Part shown: piece after piece, positions 12,011 to 25,778 of the stretch
Layout: each line of letters starts with the position of its first letter
Position numbering within the stretch: the first letter of the stretch is position 1
Assembly (NCBI GenBank): GCA_030390025.1
Contig: CM059432.1
Span: forward strand, 101,372,001-101,436,000
Origin: Squalus acanthias
Lineage: Eukaryota
Length of the DNA: 64,000 bases
Direction of reading: 5' to 3'
The notes under the pieces: model-generated
The model's input: only the letters and a program-made list of their open reading frames with translations
Told to the model about the DNA's origin: nothing
Databases searched by the model: none
Translations under genes and position numbers: made by a program

Positions 12011-13996
12011 AGCATACACACCATTTGGCATAAACCAGTTAATGCATGGACTCGGTACAAAGTTTCACTGATTCCTGGATTGGTCTCCAGTTTTCTTATC
12101 AACAACAGATTTATTTGTACAACATTTCACTACACTAATATTTTTGTAATATCTGATGCTATTTTTTTCCAGTGGTGGTTTTCTATTGAGCACAGACTCA
12201 GGTTCCAGATAAGTAGATTATCGTCGGTCAGGCCAGCTATAACGGTTATTTCAGTTTAACAACTAGGGGGAGCCGGGAAGATAACTGCACACGTAAAGCT
12301 ATTCCTTCATACATGTCTAACACAGCATTATTACATCATGTGTTTTAATATTTCACCGGTACTTTTTAATTGTACTGATCAAGCGCAATTAGAGACAGTT
12401 TCTGTGACTCTGACTATGGGGTTAAACAGCCCTTTGGATATGATTGGAAGCAGTTATACTATGGAAATCAAATTGTTATACTGTTACAACACCACTAATT
12501 AGAGGAGGGAAAAGTGTTGCACATATGGGAGTGCACTTGTGAAGATAGCAGCATTAAATGGCTCCCAAAAGTGTAGGATAATAGAAGTATGAGTACCATG
12601 GGGTCCTATTTATTTAAAAACAGTGGCAGAGACTGAGAGTACATTCAATATTTTGAAACATTAATATATTCAAACAGATAGGTAATTAAATAATATCTTT
12701 CAATTAAGAACCAATTTTTTTCAGAATTACAGGTTAATATCAGAAAATACCCACCTAATTCTGATACAAATTATACATAAGAACATATTCAAAATCAACT
12801 AGAACTGATTTGAAAATGCAAATTACTATATAGATAGATTATGTCAGCAAAATTTAACTGTGAACAAATTGTATCTATTATGTATAATAATAAATAGTAT
12901 GAATATTGCAATTTTTCATTGAGTTGCCTGTGTTAGCAGATTGGTCTTACACTATACACCTTCCCTGACCTAATGTTATGTGAATTTGTGGAAAATTTCC
13001 TGCAGGTATGAAACACAAGAAATGTTAATAAAAAAAGACAACATTCTTAACCATAATCATGACCAATTTTCTTTGCTCTGCTATCTTCCTATGCATTCAC
13101 ACTCAATGCCAATATTTAAAAAAAGGTAACTAATTATAACTAAAAAGTATGATTTTATTAGTAGTCTATGGTGCAATATGGTAGTTACTTATTACTGGAT
13201 TGTACTACTGTGATGTAACAAGTAATAACAAATTTCTTTATAAAGAAGATGGACTTGATTTTGCTACAGAGCAAAGCGGTTTAATATAAATCGGGTTCTA
13301 TGACTCGAACTGGCTCCAAGTTGGAGTGAGACTTTCTCCCTCAGGGAGTCTCATTCTGCTTCACTCCAATGTCAAATTGGGCGCTGACTCAAGATTAAGA
13401 CTGTATTTACACTATTATTGTAGCGCTGGTGCAAAGTAAGACCACGTCATACCGACATTACAGCTGTATTGTGAATGCATACTTATAGTCTTAAAGATAA
13501 TTATTTTGCCTGTTACTACTGAATTGAAAGATAAACAAATTTCAACAATTCATTGAGATAATTGAGTGCTACATTTCCACAGTGGAGCTCCCAGCCTCTT
13601 TTCTGCATGGCATCCTTCAAATCACATGGCTTTTTATTCCCCCATTTGCTCATTACGAGTACTTACAGCTGTTAGTGCCATCACATCCCTTGGCAATATT
13701 TCTGTAACTCACATGTTATTTTCAGATTATCTAGTCAGCTTTGAAAATTGACTGCACTTTGATTAAATCTGCAGGTTTATCATTTCATTTTTTTATTGTT
13801 TTGTTAGTGTGTTGACGTACATCTGCAAAGATATCATGGTCAACTGGACATCAAATGAGCAAGATAGTAATTACTAGCTGACAAAAGTCTTCAGGTCAGG
13901 GGACATGCTGTCAATCTTCACAAGTGAAGCAATGCATTGCGCAGTCTCCCAATTCTATCTAGGACGTGATATGAACTCAAACTGTGTTCCTTCATT

Positions 13997-14929
13997 GGAC
14001 CAGAATTTGCTGACAAAATAATGGTGAGTTTAATGGAACTCGCCTTTATTAATGTGTAAATCATCCAACAATTTGTGATGAGGAAGAGATATCCCATGAA
14101 TTGCGAATCGCCAGATGTTGCGGGATGATTTGTTGCTCTACCATTTGTCTTACGAAATCGGCAGCTCGCCCTCAACCGCTCTGTGAGTTTCAAGAACTTA
14201 CTGGAATTGCACATTAAACTCAAATTAAACTCATCACAGAAAGTTAGAGCTCATACTTAACAGTGCAAGTACCCTTTTAACGATGTGATAATTCTTAATG
14301 TAATGCTAATCAGTCTCTCCATTCCAGAAAGGGGGCAATTTAAACTGTTGAGTCTCGTTCTTACATAGAGTAAATTCTTCTTTGAGATTTTTAAAATTTA
14401 AAATTTGATTTTTTTTAATTACTTTTCTTTTCTGTTTCTTTTTCCTCTCTCTTAATCCAATCTTTCTTTCCCTCTCTTTATTTTGCTTTCTGTACCTGAC
14501 TTGACTCTAATTCATCCTCCTTCTCCGTCATTCCTCTCTTTCTTTCTCAATCTTATTGAAGACAGAGGTCGATAAATTTTTGGGAACTAAGGGAATTAAG
14601 GAATATGGGGATAGTGCGGGAAGGTGGAGTTGAGGTAGAAGATCAGCCATGATCTTGTTGAATGGCGGAGCAGGCTCAAAGGGCCAAATGGCCTACTCCA
14701 GCTCCTATTTGTTCTGGTCTTATGCTCTTGTGTAATCCTTAAATCTCATTGGTTAAGGAGATACACCGTTGGTCCCGTCACTCACTATGGTCCCAGATGC
14801 CCCCAGTAGACCTCACCATGCCATTATCAGCAAGTTACAGGGAAAAACATTTTCGAGCTGAAGGGTGAGGGTAAAAGTCTAACTAATGGGGCATGCCACG
14901 AGATGCCCCGCTCCAGCAAGTTCTGGGCC
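13997..14929. mobile_element. Harbinger-type MITE containing a CR1 3' tail fragment (about 14555-14730, +)
   Basis: TIRs ggaccagaatttgctg / cagcaagttctgggcc with flanks att/gtt; internal gatcagccatgatc..aatggcggagcaggctc..ggcctactcc CR1-type 3'UTR. Confidence 0.75.
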
Positions 14930-14974
14930 GTTATTTATTTTGGTCCATACTAGTAACTTTTATCCAATCTAAGA

Positions 14975-16272
14975 GTGGTGAAATTCCCCAGACTAAAGAT
15001 TCGAGGTCTTACTGCCGGCCGTTACCGCCCGATTCAGGGAAAAAAATGGCGGCTGACGCACTTTCGCCTGTTGCCAGTGGGTCCCGCGGTGTCGCCATTT
15101 TTAGCAGGTCGGCAGCACTGTCATTGCTTGTGCTTGGCGAAAATATTGTAATGAGTAAGAGCGTGACGTCAATCAGCGTGCAACGCCGAGTTGACGCCCG
15201 CTCATCCATTTTGGATATCGCCGCCCCTCTTGCCACCCTCTCTAAAGCACACCCATGCGTGCAACTGCTAAAAGCGCTTCCACAGCTTTAACAGCCATGT
15301 GGACGCTTCAACTGTCAAATGTAAGACAGCCAGGCCTGGCAGGACTTGACAGATTTTAGATGAAGATGGAGGCTGACAAGTGGAAAACACCTCAGATGGA
15401 TGCCGGAACTTCAAACGCTTCCTTTGCCAAGGATCTTCTTTTATACTTTCATTTTCTGCCCATCAGTCGGTGGAGGGGTGGGGTTTTGCATTTTCTGGTG
15501 ACTTTCCGGGAGTCCTACAGTGTTTGTGGGTCAGTGGGAAATCAATAGGTGAAATCTTGTGGAACAAGCTTTTAGTTCAGAACTGAACAGCTGTACAAAA
15601 CTGAAAATCCCTCAGCGGATTCCCAACAAATAAAATAAAAAATTCCTAAAGAGCATCAGATTACCCAGAACTCCATTGCAATGTTTGATCATTTCTGATA
15701 AGATCTCCTTTATCTTTATGATAATGTCACCAGAACGTCACCCCCTAGCAAATCTGGACTCAACTGCTCAAGATTTTAAGGAATTATAATTAATTTATTC
15801 AAATTCCATAACCAATTATTTATTAAATAATTATTTTGTGTCAAGTATGCAAGACCCACTAAAAGCTGGCACGAGTACTACACATTTAAACACTTTCAGG
15901 AGTAAACATTGGGGAAAGATTAGTGTTACTGAGAATGCAGATGCATTCATTTCATGAACCATTAAAAAATCAACAAATATCGGGTGGCAGGTAATATTGT
16001 TGTAGCAAGTACGACAACTGTTCTGTACGTGGCCTACAGGTTCGTTCGTTTCTTCCCCGTTCTCCTTCATTGCAAGTGGGACACAAACGCGACCTTCGGC
16101 CTCCTGCTGAGCTTAGCACTGAAAAGAGCATGTTACACCACAAATTCTCCGCACTACTGATGTTGATTAGCAAGCAGCACCAAAATACCTGCCTGTGCTC
16201 TCTTGGCGGGCGGCTGTTAGCCTTGGCCGGCGCTGTTACTGGCTGATTTCCAGCCGACTGGAATTTTTAGCC
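14975..16272. mobile_element. Probable Harbinger-type non-autonomous element
   Basis: CpG-rich ends, AT-rich middle, weak TIRs ggtgaaattcc / ggaatttttagcc. Confidence 0.4.
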
Positions 16273-17091
16273 TCTCTTCTCTGAAGTACAAGCTAACTTT
16301 CTTCTTATTTCTTGACACCCTTAGGAAAGCTGATACATTCAGTTGGAATAATAATAATAATCCTTGGATTAAAATGAGGCAAAAGGTTGTAATTTTTCAT
16401 GCAATAAAGGTGCAACAGTTCATGCCCTAGATTTTGTTCCAGTTGACTTATAATGAACAATTACCATGTTAAATGTTTCCTTTTATAATAAGTAGCTGAT
16501 GGTAGAATATAGATATCCACTTGCTTTGCTCTGCCACTGTTCATGTCGATTTGTGCAAACATGATCTGCTCAAATGATAAGTGGAGGAGAGTTTGCAACC
16601 AGTAAAAGCACATTTTCCCTCTTCCCTCACCAAGATGCTACTTGATGAGGGTAGGCTGAGAGAATTACACAATTCTGCCAACCTGCAGCTAACTTTTGAC
16701 TTTTATCTGTTGTTTGAAAACCAAAAACAAAATCAGGGGAAACTGTATTGTGATTTGCTTATACCACACCTTGAAATACATGGAATCTTTTCTACTAAAA
16801 ATGTGAGCTGCAAGAGGCCAGCGGAGTGTGAAGGTCCAGGACTGTGCAGTTTAGCCTCAGTGGGAATAACATTGAGGCGCATTTGGATAAGAGTTAACAG
16901 TGGAAGGTCCTGGATGAATAGTTTGCAAAATCAGTCACGATGAGCAGATTTGAGGGCAGGTAGGTGACCTGTTTTTGCTTCACTAAAGCCCCAACAATCC
17001 TCATTCATCCTCTACTCTCCACCAATAAAAATGCTACCTGCTTTTTTTATTTTTGATGATGGACAAAGGTGCAAGATCCAAGGCAGGAAGT

Positions 17092-17812
17092 TAGAATCAT
17101 AGAATGGTTACAGCACGGAAGGCGGCCATTCAGCCCGTCGAGCCTGTGCCGGCTCTCTGCAAGAGCACCTCAGCTAGTCCCACTCTCCCGTCCTTTCCCC
17201 ATAGCCCTGCAATTTGTTTTCCTTCAGATACTTATTTTTTTTTTATTCGTTCATGGGATGTAGGTGTCGCTGGCAAGGCCAGCATTTATTGCCCATCCCT
17301 AATTGCCCTTGAGAAGGTGGTGGTGAGCCACCTTCTTGAACCACAGAGGGCAGTTACAAGTCAACCACAGTGCTGTGGATCTGGAGTCACATACAGGCCA
17401 GACCAGGTAAGGACGGCAGATTTCCTTCCCTAAAGGACATTAGTGAACCAGATGGGCTTTTACAACAATCCAGTAGTTTCATCTTCACCATTACTGATAC
17501 TAGTTTTTCATTCCAGATGTATTTTAATTAATTGAATTTAAATTCCCCAGCTGCCTGTGGTGGGATTTGAACTCACATCTCCAGATCATTAATCCAGGCC
17601 TCTGGATTACTAGACTAGTAACATGACCACTATGCTACCGTACCACAATTGAGTCTGCCTCCACCACCCTTTCAGGAAGTGCATTCCAGATCTTAACTAC
17701 TCGCTGCGTGAGAAAGTTTTTCCTTACGTTGCCTTTGGTTCTTTTGCCAATCACCTTAAATCTGTGTCCTTTGGTTCTCAACCCATCTGCCAATGGGAAC
17801 AGTTTCTCTCTA
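17092..17812 (-). mobile_element. CR1 3' fragment interrupted by a SINE
   Basis: Closely similar to the CR1 3' end at 27844-28180. Confidence 0.9.
17235..17644 (-). mobile_element. tRNA-headed SINE sharing both head and tail with the LINEs at 29947-33182 and 46587-49233
   Basis: Minus strand: A box tagcatagtgg, B box gttcaaatcc, about 300-bp body, then about 105 bp of the LINE 3' end and an A-rich tail; junction near 17342. Confidence 0.9.
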
Positions 17813-17939
17813 TTCAGAAATATGCACCGAAGAGAGAATTGACCTGAGGTTGCTAAGCCAAGTTGGGTAAGTGAGAGGTTTATTCCCCTCCATAATTAAT
17901 ACTTGTGTGAAGTGAAAAAGTGGAGTTTTATTCTTATGA

Positions 17940-18955
17940 GAATTTGGTGCTACTGGAAGTTCAGGCTAATGCTACCTACATTTTAAAAATTAGACAGAGA
18001 GTTGGTAGTGGAGGAAATCCTCCTGCTGAGTGTGAACTGTGATATGTGTGGCATCAGTGTATCCAGGATCAGCGCGTTTGCACCAAATGTCATATAATTG
18101 AGTGTCTGGAGCAGAGGGATCTCTGTGCTCGAGCAGTAATTGGTCAAATTCTGAAGTATCAGAGTGGATGAGGGGTTTCTGGATCATACTCTCCAGAATA
18201 TGGCCAACCAAGAGGCAGCGCCAGACAGTAAATGACTCAGGGACACAAGGGTAGTGCAGAAAGAGAGAAGTGAGTGACTATCCGCATGGGGCAGCAGAGG
18301 GCGATCACACTCGGGTGCAGAGAACCCCTTATCCATAAGATACTTAAGTGTTGGACAAGTATGAGGTGGGCAGTGACACGACTCAGAGGAGGGTGGTCCC
18401 GTGCAAGATTGTGGCATTGTGGACCGAAAGGCTACCCGAGGTGGGGTGGGGGGTGGGGGTGGGGGTGCGGTTAGGATAGTGGTAGTAGTGGAAGACTCTA
18501 CAGTCAGGGGAATAGAGAGCCATTTTTCATGCTGTGTTGCCTCCCTGAAGCCACAGTGAAGAACAGGTGGAAAAACTATGGGTATAGGAGGGACAGCAGC
18601 CAAAAATCATCGTCCATTTTGGAATCACTAACATACATAGAAATATGTTTGAGCTCTAGCAGAGGGAGTTTATGGTGCTAGTCACTAGATTGATGAATAA
18701 GAACTCAAGGGTGGTAATCTCTGAACGCTTTCTGTGCTATGTGCTGGACAGGTTAAGGAGAAGATGATTAAGAAGGTCAATGCTTGGCCGCAGGGCTGCT
18801 GCAAGCGAGAGAGGTTCATTGTTAGGGCATTGGAGTAATTTCTGAAACAAGAGAAGGATATAATCAAAGGAGCACTCATCGCCTGAACCAAACTGGTGCC
18901 AATGTCTTTGGGGAGAGGATGAATAGAGCAGTGGAGGAGGATTTAAACTAATATG
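17940..18955 (+). mobile_element. Degraded CR1 ORF1 region (zinc finger / esterase-like)
   Basis: CDMC-like motif near 18037; VVVEDSTVRGIE resembles the GDS esterase motif; multiple frameshifts. Confidence 0.55.
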
Positions 18956-19119
18956 GCAGGAGTTGAGAAAAGGCTACTTTTGAGACTGGAGAGGGAGAGC
19001 AGGATTAATAAAGCTGTGTGAATAGAAGCAGAAAGCTTAGCTAAAATAAATAGTAAGAAAATATTGCCAGAGGAGAAAGGCAAAGAAAGAGGCTTTGAGA
19101 TAGTGAGAGATAAAGACAC

Positions 19120-20030
19120 TTTTGTAGATTTTTGACTTCAGACGCATTTAGGGCAGACGATCAGCGGAGAATTCAGGCTGCTCGCCCAATGTCTGAAGCC
19201 CGAGCCATTTTGATAATCCGGCCTCATTTAAATTTAATTGGCAGGCTGCTCACGAGTTGCCAGTGGTGATGGGCAGCCGACCCCTTTGGAGGGCACGGAT
19301 TCCAGTGGGCACAATGCCTATTTAAAGCATGCTTGCATCACTTAAAGTGGGGTCTCCTTTTACTTTCCTGAAATTGTTGTTGAAATTTTTTGAGGGTCGA
19401 GCTGCAAGATGTCTTGAGCTCCCACATCCTTGTGAAACAGCTGACGGAACCCAGGCTAATCCTTTTCCCCCTCAGGTGGCAGGAGGATGGCAAGACAGAC
19501 TTTGCAGCAGGCCTGGAGGGAAGTGACTGACAATGCAAACACATAGGCCATTGCTCCCAAGACATCTGTTAATTACCGCAAGCGCTTCAATGTCCTGAGC
19601 CGGGCAGCAAAAGTGACAATGATGTCTTGCAATCTCCATTTCTCTGCATTACATCTCACCACAGCATTCCCACCATTCCTCCCATAGCACTCCAGGCACT
19701 TTCCTCCCCTGCTCCACATGCTTCTCCTCCAATCACAATGGAACATTGCACCAACTCTCCTTATTATTCTAATCACACATTCACTGCCGTCACAACAGGC
19801 ACACACAGCTTTCTGTTTTCACCTGGTAACATAACAACTCTTAAGCATTTCACTCCTTTGCTTTCACATTTCACACTGGAGCCGCTTTCCTGCACATGAC
19901 CACCTCCCCAAACTGCTTCCTGCACACTCGCAATTGTACGAGGCATTGGAAAGCTTGCCTAGGAGCTGCCATACCATTTCTGAGAGTATGGAAGAGTCTG
20001 CTTCCATCTTGTGTCGCATTCTGGTGCAAA
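19120..20030 (+). mobile_element. Degraded Harbinger remnant with Myb/SANT fragment
   Basis: WREV and IAPKTSVNYRKRFNVLSRAAK near 19510-19612, followed by a C-rich intron-like tract as in the 9233 and 50796 elements. Confidence 0.55.
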
Positions 20031-22531
20031 ATAAAAAGGATTTTTTTTTAAATTAATTTAGTAGAAGAAATTTAATACTGTGTCTCACAAGATGCCTGTT
20101 AGATAAATGTAGGTGTGCACTATAAGAATGAATGGAGCAGCACGGACAGAAAGATGGTGACGAACAGGACAGGAAATGCAGAGTTGGAGTAAATGAGTTT
20201 TTGGTCGGTTTGGAGAAGGATTGGAAATGGTGTATGGCAGGGGTCAGTGCTGGGCATGAATTGGCCTTGGGCACAAGGAGCATATCGAAATTTACCGATG
20301 CCATAAAAGTAGGGGGTTTGGCAAAGAGAGAAGAGGACTGTAAAGTACTTCAGAAAGACAGACAGGTCAGCAGAATGGGCAGACATGTGATGGATGCATT
20401 TTAATGTGGATATAAATGTGAGGTAGTATATTTTGGGAGGAGACACAAGCAATGGGAGTATACCCTGAATGGGGGTAATTTTAACTTTTAATGGCAGGCG
20501 AAAAAAAGGCCATAGCGAATCGGCTGTCTGTTTTCCACCTCTCCCGATTTTCTTTTCCATTGAAGTTAATGGAAAGGTGCTGAAGAGGGTGAGACCTAGG
20601 TGTCAAAAAATATAATTCCGTGAATGTCTGAATCCAGATAGATAAAGCTATAAAAAGAGCCAAATGCATTTTAGGTTTTAGAAATAGGGGAATCCACATC
20701 AGTCTGAACAATTGTGCAGTACGGAATAACACAGACCAAGAAGTCACATGTTCAGTCCCTGATGATCTACTGAGCTAGTTGAGCTTAGCTGGAGCGACAG
20801 AGTGTGCAGCAGTTTTGAAGTGCGCAGGAAATGATGAGTGAAAATTAATATATTTTCAGCATCCTAACAATCATGCAGGTTCTTCACATGGAGATGTGTA
20901 ATATGAGGAAATTAACTGCTGCCTACAACACTAAATGGATAGTACTGGGCAAATTCATGCATGTTGTGAAGGTCTTCATTGTAAAAGCTGAGATCAAAAC
21001 CATCACAATCAATACTCTGCAGATCAGGTAATGCAGAGCAGAGCAGGCCAGGCAGACGCCTGGTTAAAACAGCACAAGAGTACTTACTGCTGCGTTCCCG
21101 ACGCGCGCCCGCTGCATTGTAACCATGGATTATTCGGAGACGGCCGAGGCACCCGCCACAGGCAGGTGAATATATTAAAATCAGGGTCCTGTAACGCAAT
21201 TAGGACTCCAACACAATTTTAACTCAAAATCGCAGCAGTCCTGCCCAGTGCTGGACCCACCAGTAAAATATGACAGCAAGCAGATCCCTGGTGAGAAAAG
21301 CCCCAGAAAATCAAGTCATTTTAATTTTAATTTGTTTCTTTGTGGGCCAGAGGAGCAGGTGTGCTCCTCCAAGCCCCACAAGGAAACATTGGGCCTTCCC
21401 TGCCCCAGGCTACCCTTCTCCTACCCCGACCGCAATGCCCTCCCAATTCCCCGCTCAACCACTTACCTGACCAATGGGGACAATTCCTTTGGTTACCCAG
21501 CGGTGCCACCCAAACTCCCATTTCCGCCCGCTGGCCAACTAGAGCTTCCTGCTGAATTCAGGTGGAAGACTGATGGGGCCCATGCAGATGAGGCTCGGGA
21601 GTTAAAATCTCCTGGGCCTCACACTGCGGAAGGCCGGATGGTTTCCCGTCTTCCTTGGGCCCCGCTCACATTACTCTCGCAGAGAGTTAAAATCCAAGAT
21701 AAGTTTCTTCATAAACTAGTCAATATTGGTTGTAATTTTGATGGCCCCTCTCATTGACCAGTAATATTGTTTTCAAATATACAATTTAGTTTTACATGAG
21801 GTTGCCACACTTTTGAGCATTACAGAAAAACTGGCCCTATGTTCATGGCCCCTGTCATCACTAAATGTCTTTTGTTGGAGGCGGAAGGAAGACTGTGTTA
21901 TGGGCACTAAGATCAGTGGGAAACAACTAATGTCATTTTGAGAGACCCCCAAGAGTAATTCCTACAGACGAAGAACGAAACAGACAACATTTTAATATGA
22001 AACAGGATATTGCTTGAGATTTTCTTCTCAACCGCTTCCAGATTCCAAATGTCACTATCTCAAACTGTCAGTTTATATTGGTCGATGTTAGTGGAATATC
22101 AGTATTTTTTCCTTTTTTTTTAAACTTATGAAAATTCTAATTTAACACTGCTTTAGCAATAGTTATAAAATCTTTCCTAAAATCATTTGAAATATGATGC
22201 CATAGAAGTGCAAAGTCAACGCCACTTACAATACCCGTAACCTTTCAATTTAATACAGTGAGAGTACTTAACCAGGGCGGGGGGGGAGGCGGAATTTCAA
22301 CTTTGGCGATGAGCGCTAAACAGGCGGTAGCGGATTGGCCGCCTGTTAGACACCCTGCCCGGTTTTACTTTGCATTGTATAACAGGCGGCCAATCCGCTG
22401 TCACCTGCTTTGGGCCCCCTACCAAAGCTGAATTCTTTTGAAAATCCAAATGTACCACAACCAAGGCATTTCCTTTATCAATATATTCTATTATTTCCTC
22501 ACAGGACTGTAATAAATTTGTCAGACATAAT

Positions 22532-22702
22532 GGCCTAGAAATTAGTATCGTGCCAGGAAGTCTCTTTTGATGCCTAAACCAATATCGCGGGGTGGCGCAC
22601 TTACGGCGTGGAATGTGCACCAATTCGCCGCCTGCCATATTTGACGCCTGGGTGCCCGTTTTATCTCTGTAAAACTGGCGCAGCATCATTGAATTTCTAG
22701 GC
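22532..22702. mobile_element. Short Harbinger-type MITE inside a minus-strand CR1 RT fragment (about 22430-22880)
   Basis: TIRs gcctagaaatt / aatttctaggc; flanks translate to CLTNLL and VVHLDFQK. Confidence 0.75.
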
Positions 22703-23289
22703 TGACTTGTCTTTCACAAGTCCATGTTGGCTGACCTTAATTAAGCCAGGTCTTTCAAGGTGACTATTAGTTTGTCCCATATTAGCCTCTCGAAGCTTAC
22801 CCATTACCAATGTTAATATGACTATTCCTTTCTCCCTTTTTAAACAGAGTTGTTACATGATCAACCTGCCAGTCCTCTGGCACGATTTCCGCTGTATTGT
22901 GAATTACCCGCTGAATTGTTGCTGAGCCCTTGTTATTAATTTTATCAAGGGTTAGAATAGTCAGATGGATGAAACAAAATGAGGTAGTAGTTATAGAAAT
23001 GCACTACAAATAGGCTACAAGTTACTGGGAAAGTGAAGAGCTGTAGCAGAATATATTACAATCTTATTCAAGTAAGCACAGCTGTTCTGTTTCTATTTTT
23101 ATATAACATGACATAAGGAAGTTAAATCTTTTTTCTTGATTCCCTTCATGAACATGGCTGGCATTGTGCCAGTATAATTTGACTGAACAGGTGAGTAAAG
23201 AGTATTATAGACACAAGCTTAAAGCCATCCCATGTAATTGTAATTCATTCACTGAACAAAACCTACCAGATTCACATCAGCACCGAGTA

Positions 23290-24490
23290 AAATAATGGAT
23301 TCAATTGTCAGGAATAATTTTGAGCATTACCTGTATGGCAGGAACCACTAAATAGCAGCCAACATGGACTCAGCAGGGGAAGATCCTGTAAGAGCAAACT
23401 CCTTGACTTTTATGAGAAAGTTAAATCCCAAGTGGATTGTGAAAAATCCTGTGACACGGCATACTACAGTTTCAAAAAGTCTTTGGCAAAATTCCGGACA
23501 AAAGACTGCTGATTAAGCTTAAAGTGATAGGGATTCAAGGTGAAACCTGGGAACAGATAAGAAATTAGCTGAAAAATAGGAAGCAGCGAGTACTTGTTAG
23601 GGCGGGAGAAAGTGTCAAGTGGAGTACCCTTGGGATTGATGTTGAGAAACTCCCTGTTTCCAATTTACATTAATGACTTGGATTCAGAATCTCAATTCAA
23701 ACTTGCAGACAATAAGAAACGGGGGAAGGAGGGGCAGATGAATCCTAAGAGGTGGGCAGGGACCTACAAAATGAGATAGATAAAATCTGTAAATAGACAA
23801 AACAGTGACAGATTAAAACAAACATGTACTCTACATAGCAAGGAAAAGTGGATGTCATGTTCTGTCTGTAAATTGTATCAAAATAACAGAGTGAAGTTGA
23901 AAGGAATCTGGGGGTTCAAGATTCAATGCAAAACACTGCAGAACAGCAACCAACTTGGCAAATAAAATGTGAACTATAAAATGAATATAATACAAGTCAG
24001 TGGATATCACACTCAGACTCCACAATGCTTTGGTCAGACCACATCTTCAGTATGGTGCCCTTTTTTGACTAGTAAGGCACATGGGAGACATTGAAGCCAT
24101 AGAGTAGCACAGGGCAGAGGTACAAGGCTGATTCTTAACAGTAGAGAGCTCAGTTACAAGGAAAAACTGGAGAAATTTAGGCTTTTCACTTTTGAGAGGA
24201 GGCAACCAAGAAGATATGTCACAGTAAAAGGTGCAGAAATATTAAATCCAAACACTACTTCAAATTAAACAGTAGCAGGAGAACAAAGCAGCAAAAGGCA
24301 AATTTAGGACTGAAATTATTACATTTTTTTTCCTCATAAAGAGGGAGCAAATCATGGAATGGACTTCTGGGTAGGGTAATGGAGGTGAAAACCCTAGAAT
24401 TATTTAAGAAACAGCTGGATGCTGTGATGAGGAAGCAATTTTTTTTCTTGTGGATGGATAGGTTGGGCTGGGCAGAAAGGCCCTCCTCAC
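23290..24490 (+). mobile_element. Old, degraded CR1 RT and 3' end
   Basis: SGVPLGLML..LFPIYINDLD and KLADN remnants, many indels. Confidence 0.7.
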
Positions 24491-25778
24491 CACATCAATC
24501 TTTTTATTTTTTTTCCTGATATTTGTATAGGAATGGTATGCCACCTCAGAGATGGCCTATTACACTGGACATATTAAAGAAAATACAAAATATAAGGGAA
24601 ATGTTCTCCATGTTCCGAATTACAAAATGTACAAGATCACGAGGATATTTCTGCAGGATGATCAAAAGACCATTTAAATACGATTGTATAATGAAATAAC
24701 TGAACTTTTTCCCCCTCTCATCATGATCTGGGTGTCAATGCTGGAAAATGTAACACTTCATTTTTTACTTCAGAATTAACTACTCTCAAGTCCTCCACAG
24801 CCCAAGAGAGCTAGAGGGATCTATTTACATTGGTTTAGTGAAACATTTTTTCTTTAATTTTAGAAACAAAGGGAAATATATCCCACAATGTGAACTTCAC
24901 CAAACTCTGTCCCAATAATAGGAGAGGGGAAAGGGGCGAGGTGGGAGTGTGGGGGCGGGGGGAGGTGGGGGGACAAAGATTTCCTCTGTGCAAAAAAATC
25001 ACAAAGGAGTTTTTAAAATAAATACTCGCATCTTTGCTACACATAGCACTATGGGGGAATCTGGCATGGAGAAGCATTGCCTATTGCATTGGTGTAAGCT
25101 TCATTTCCAAGACTAATAATTTATGCAGCCTCTTTGAGTGATATTCCCAATTCCATTAGCTGTGTTTCTTTACTATACTTTTATGAACTTCTGCTAATTA
25201 AATCTCTGACGCAAAGTCAAGAGGTTTATTGTGATGGATATAAATACAAGTTGTTGTTGCTGTTGGTAGTAATGTTTTCCAAATAAAGAACAGAGTGGCA
25301 ACCTGCAATTGAGAACGCAGACATTAGAATCATAAGGGGCGATTTTCTCAGCCCCGAGGAGGCGGGTTTGGAGGCGGGAAAGGCGGAAAAATTGGAAAAA
25401 ATGAGTGCGGGTTCAGAACCCGCCTCCGCGCAATTTTGCCGGTGCCGGTTTTGCAGGGTGGGAAACGGTCCCGCCTCCAACTGGCCAGAGAGCTTGTTAA
25501 GAGCCTTAAATGCTCGTTAAGGGCCTCTCTAATCCTATTTTGAGAGGCCCTCGTTATTTTTCAACCATTTTGGCGTGTTCCACGACCCTCCTAAACCACG
25601 CCAGCTAAACCTGGCGGGTTGACAAGTGGGTGGCCTCCTCACAGCTGCAGCTCCACCATGACATCGGAGATTTCATCAGGGATTAGTTGCAGGTGGCAGA
25701 ACTTTGCTTTAAAGGGTCTTTGAGCACTTTTAGCAGGCCTTCCGAAGTCGCAGGTGCTGCAGCTTCTATCTATCAACT

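Noticed and set aside
20705..20870. Possible ancient SINE remnant (gttcagtccctg..ctgagctagttgagcttagc)
   Set aside because: Too degraded to assign without an HMM search.
20985..21697. GC-rich block with a 169-aa ORF
   Set aside because: Resembles the 29340-29945 MITE interior in reverse; probably a Harbinger MITE, but ends are not defined and there is no coding signal.
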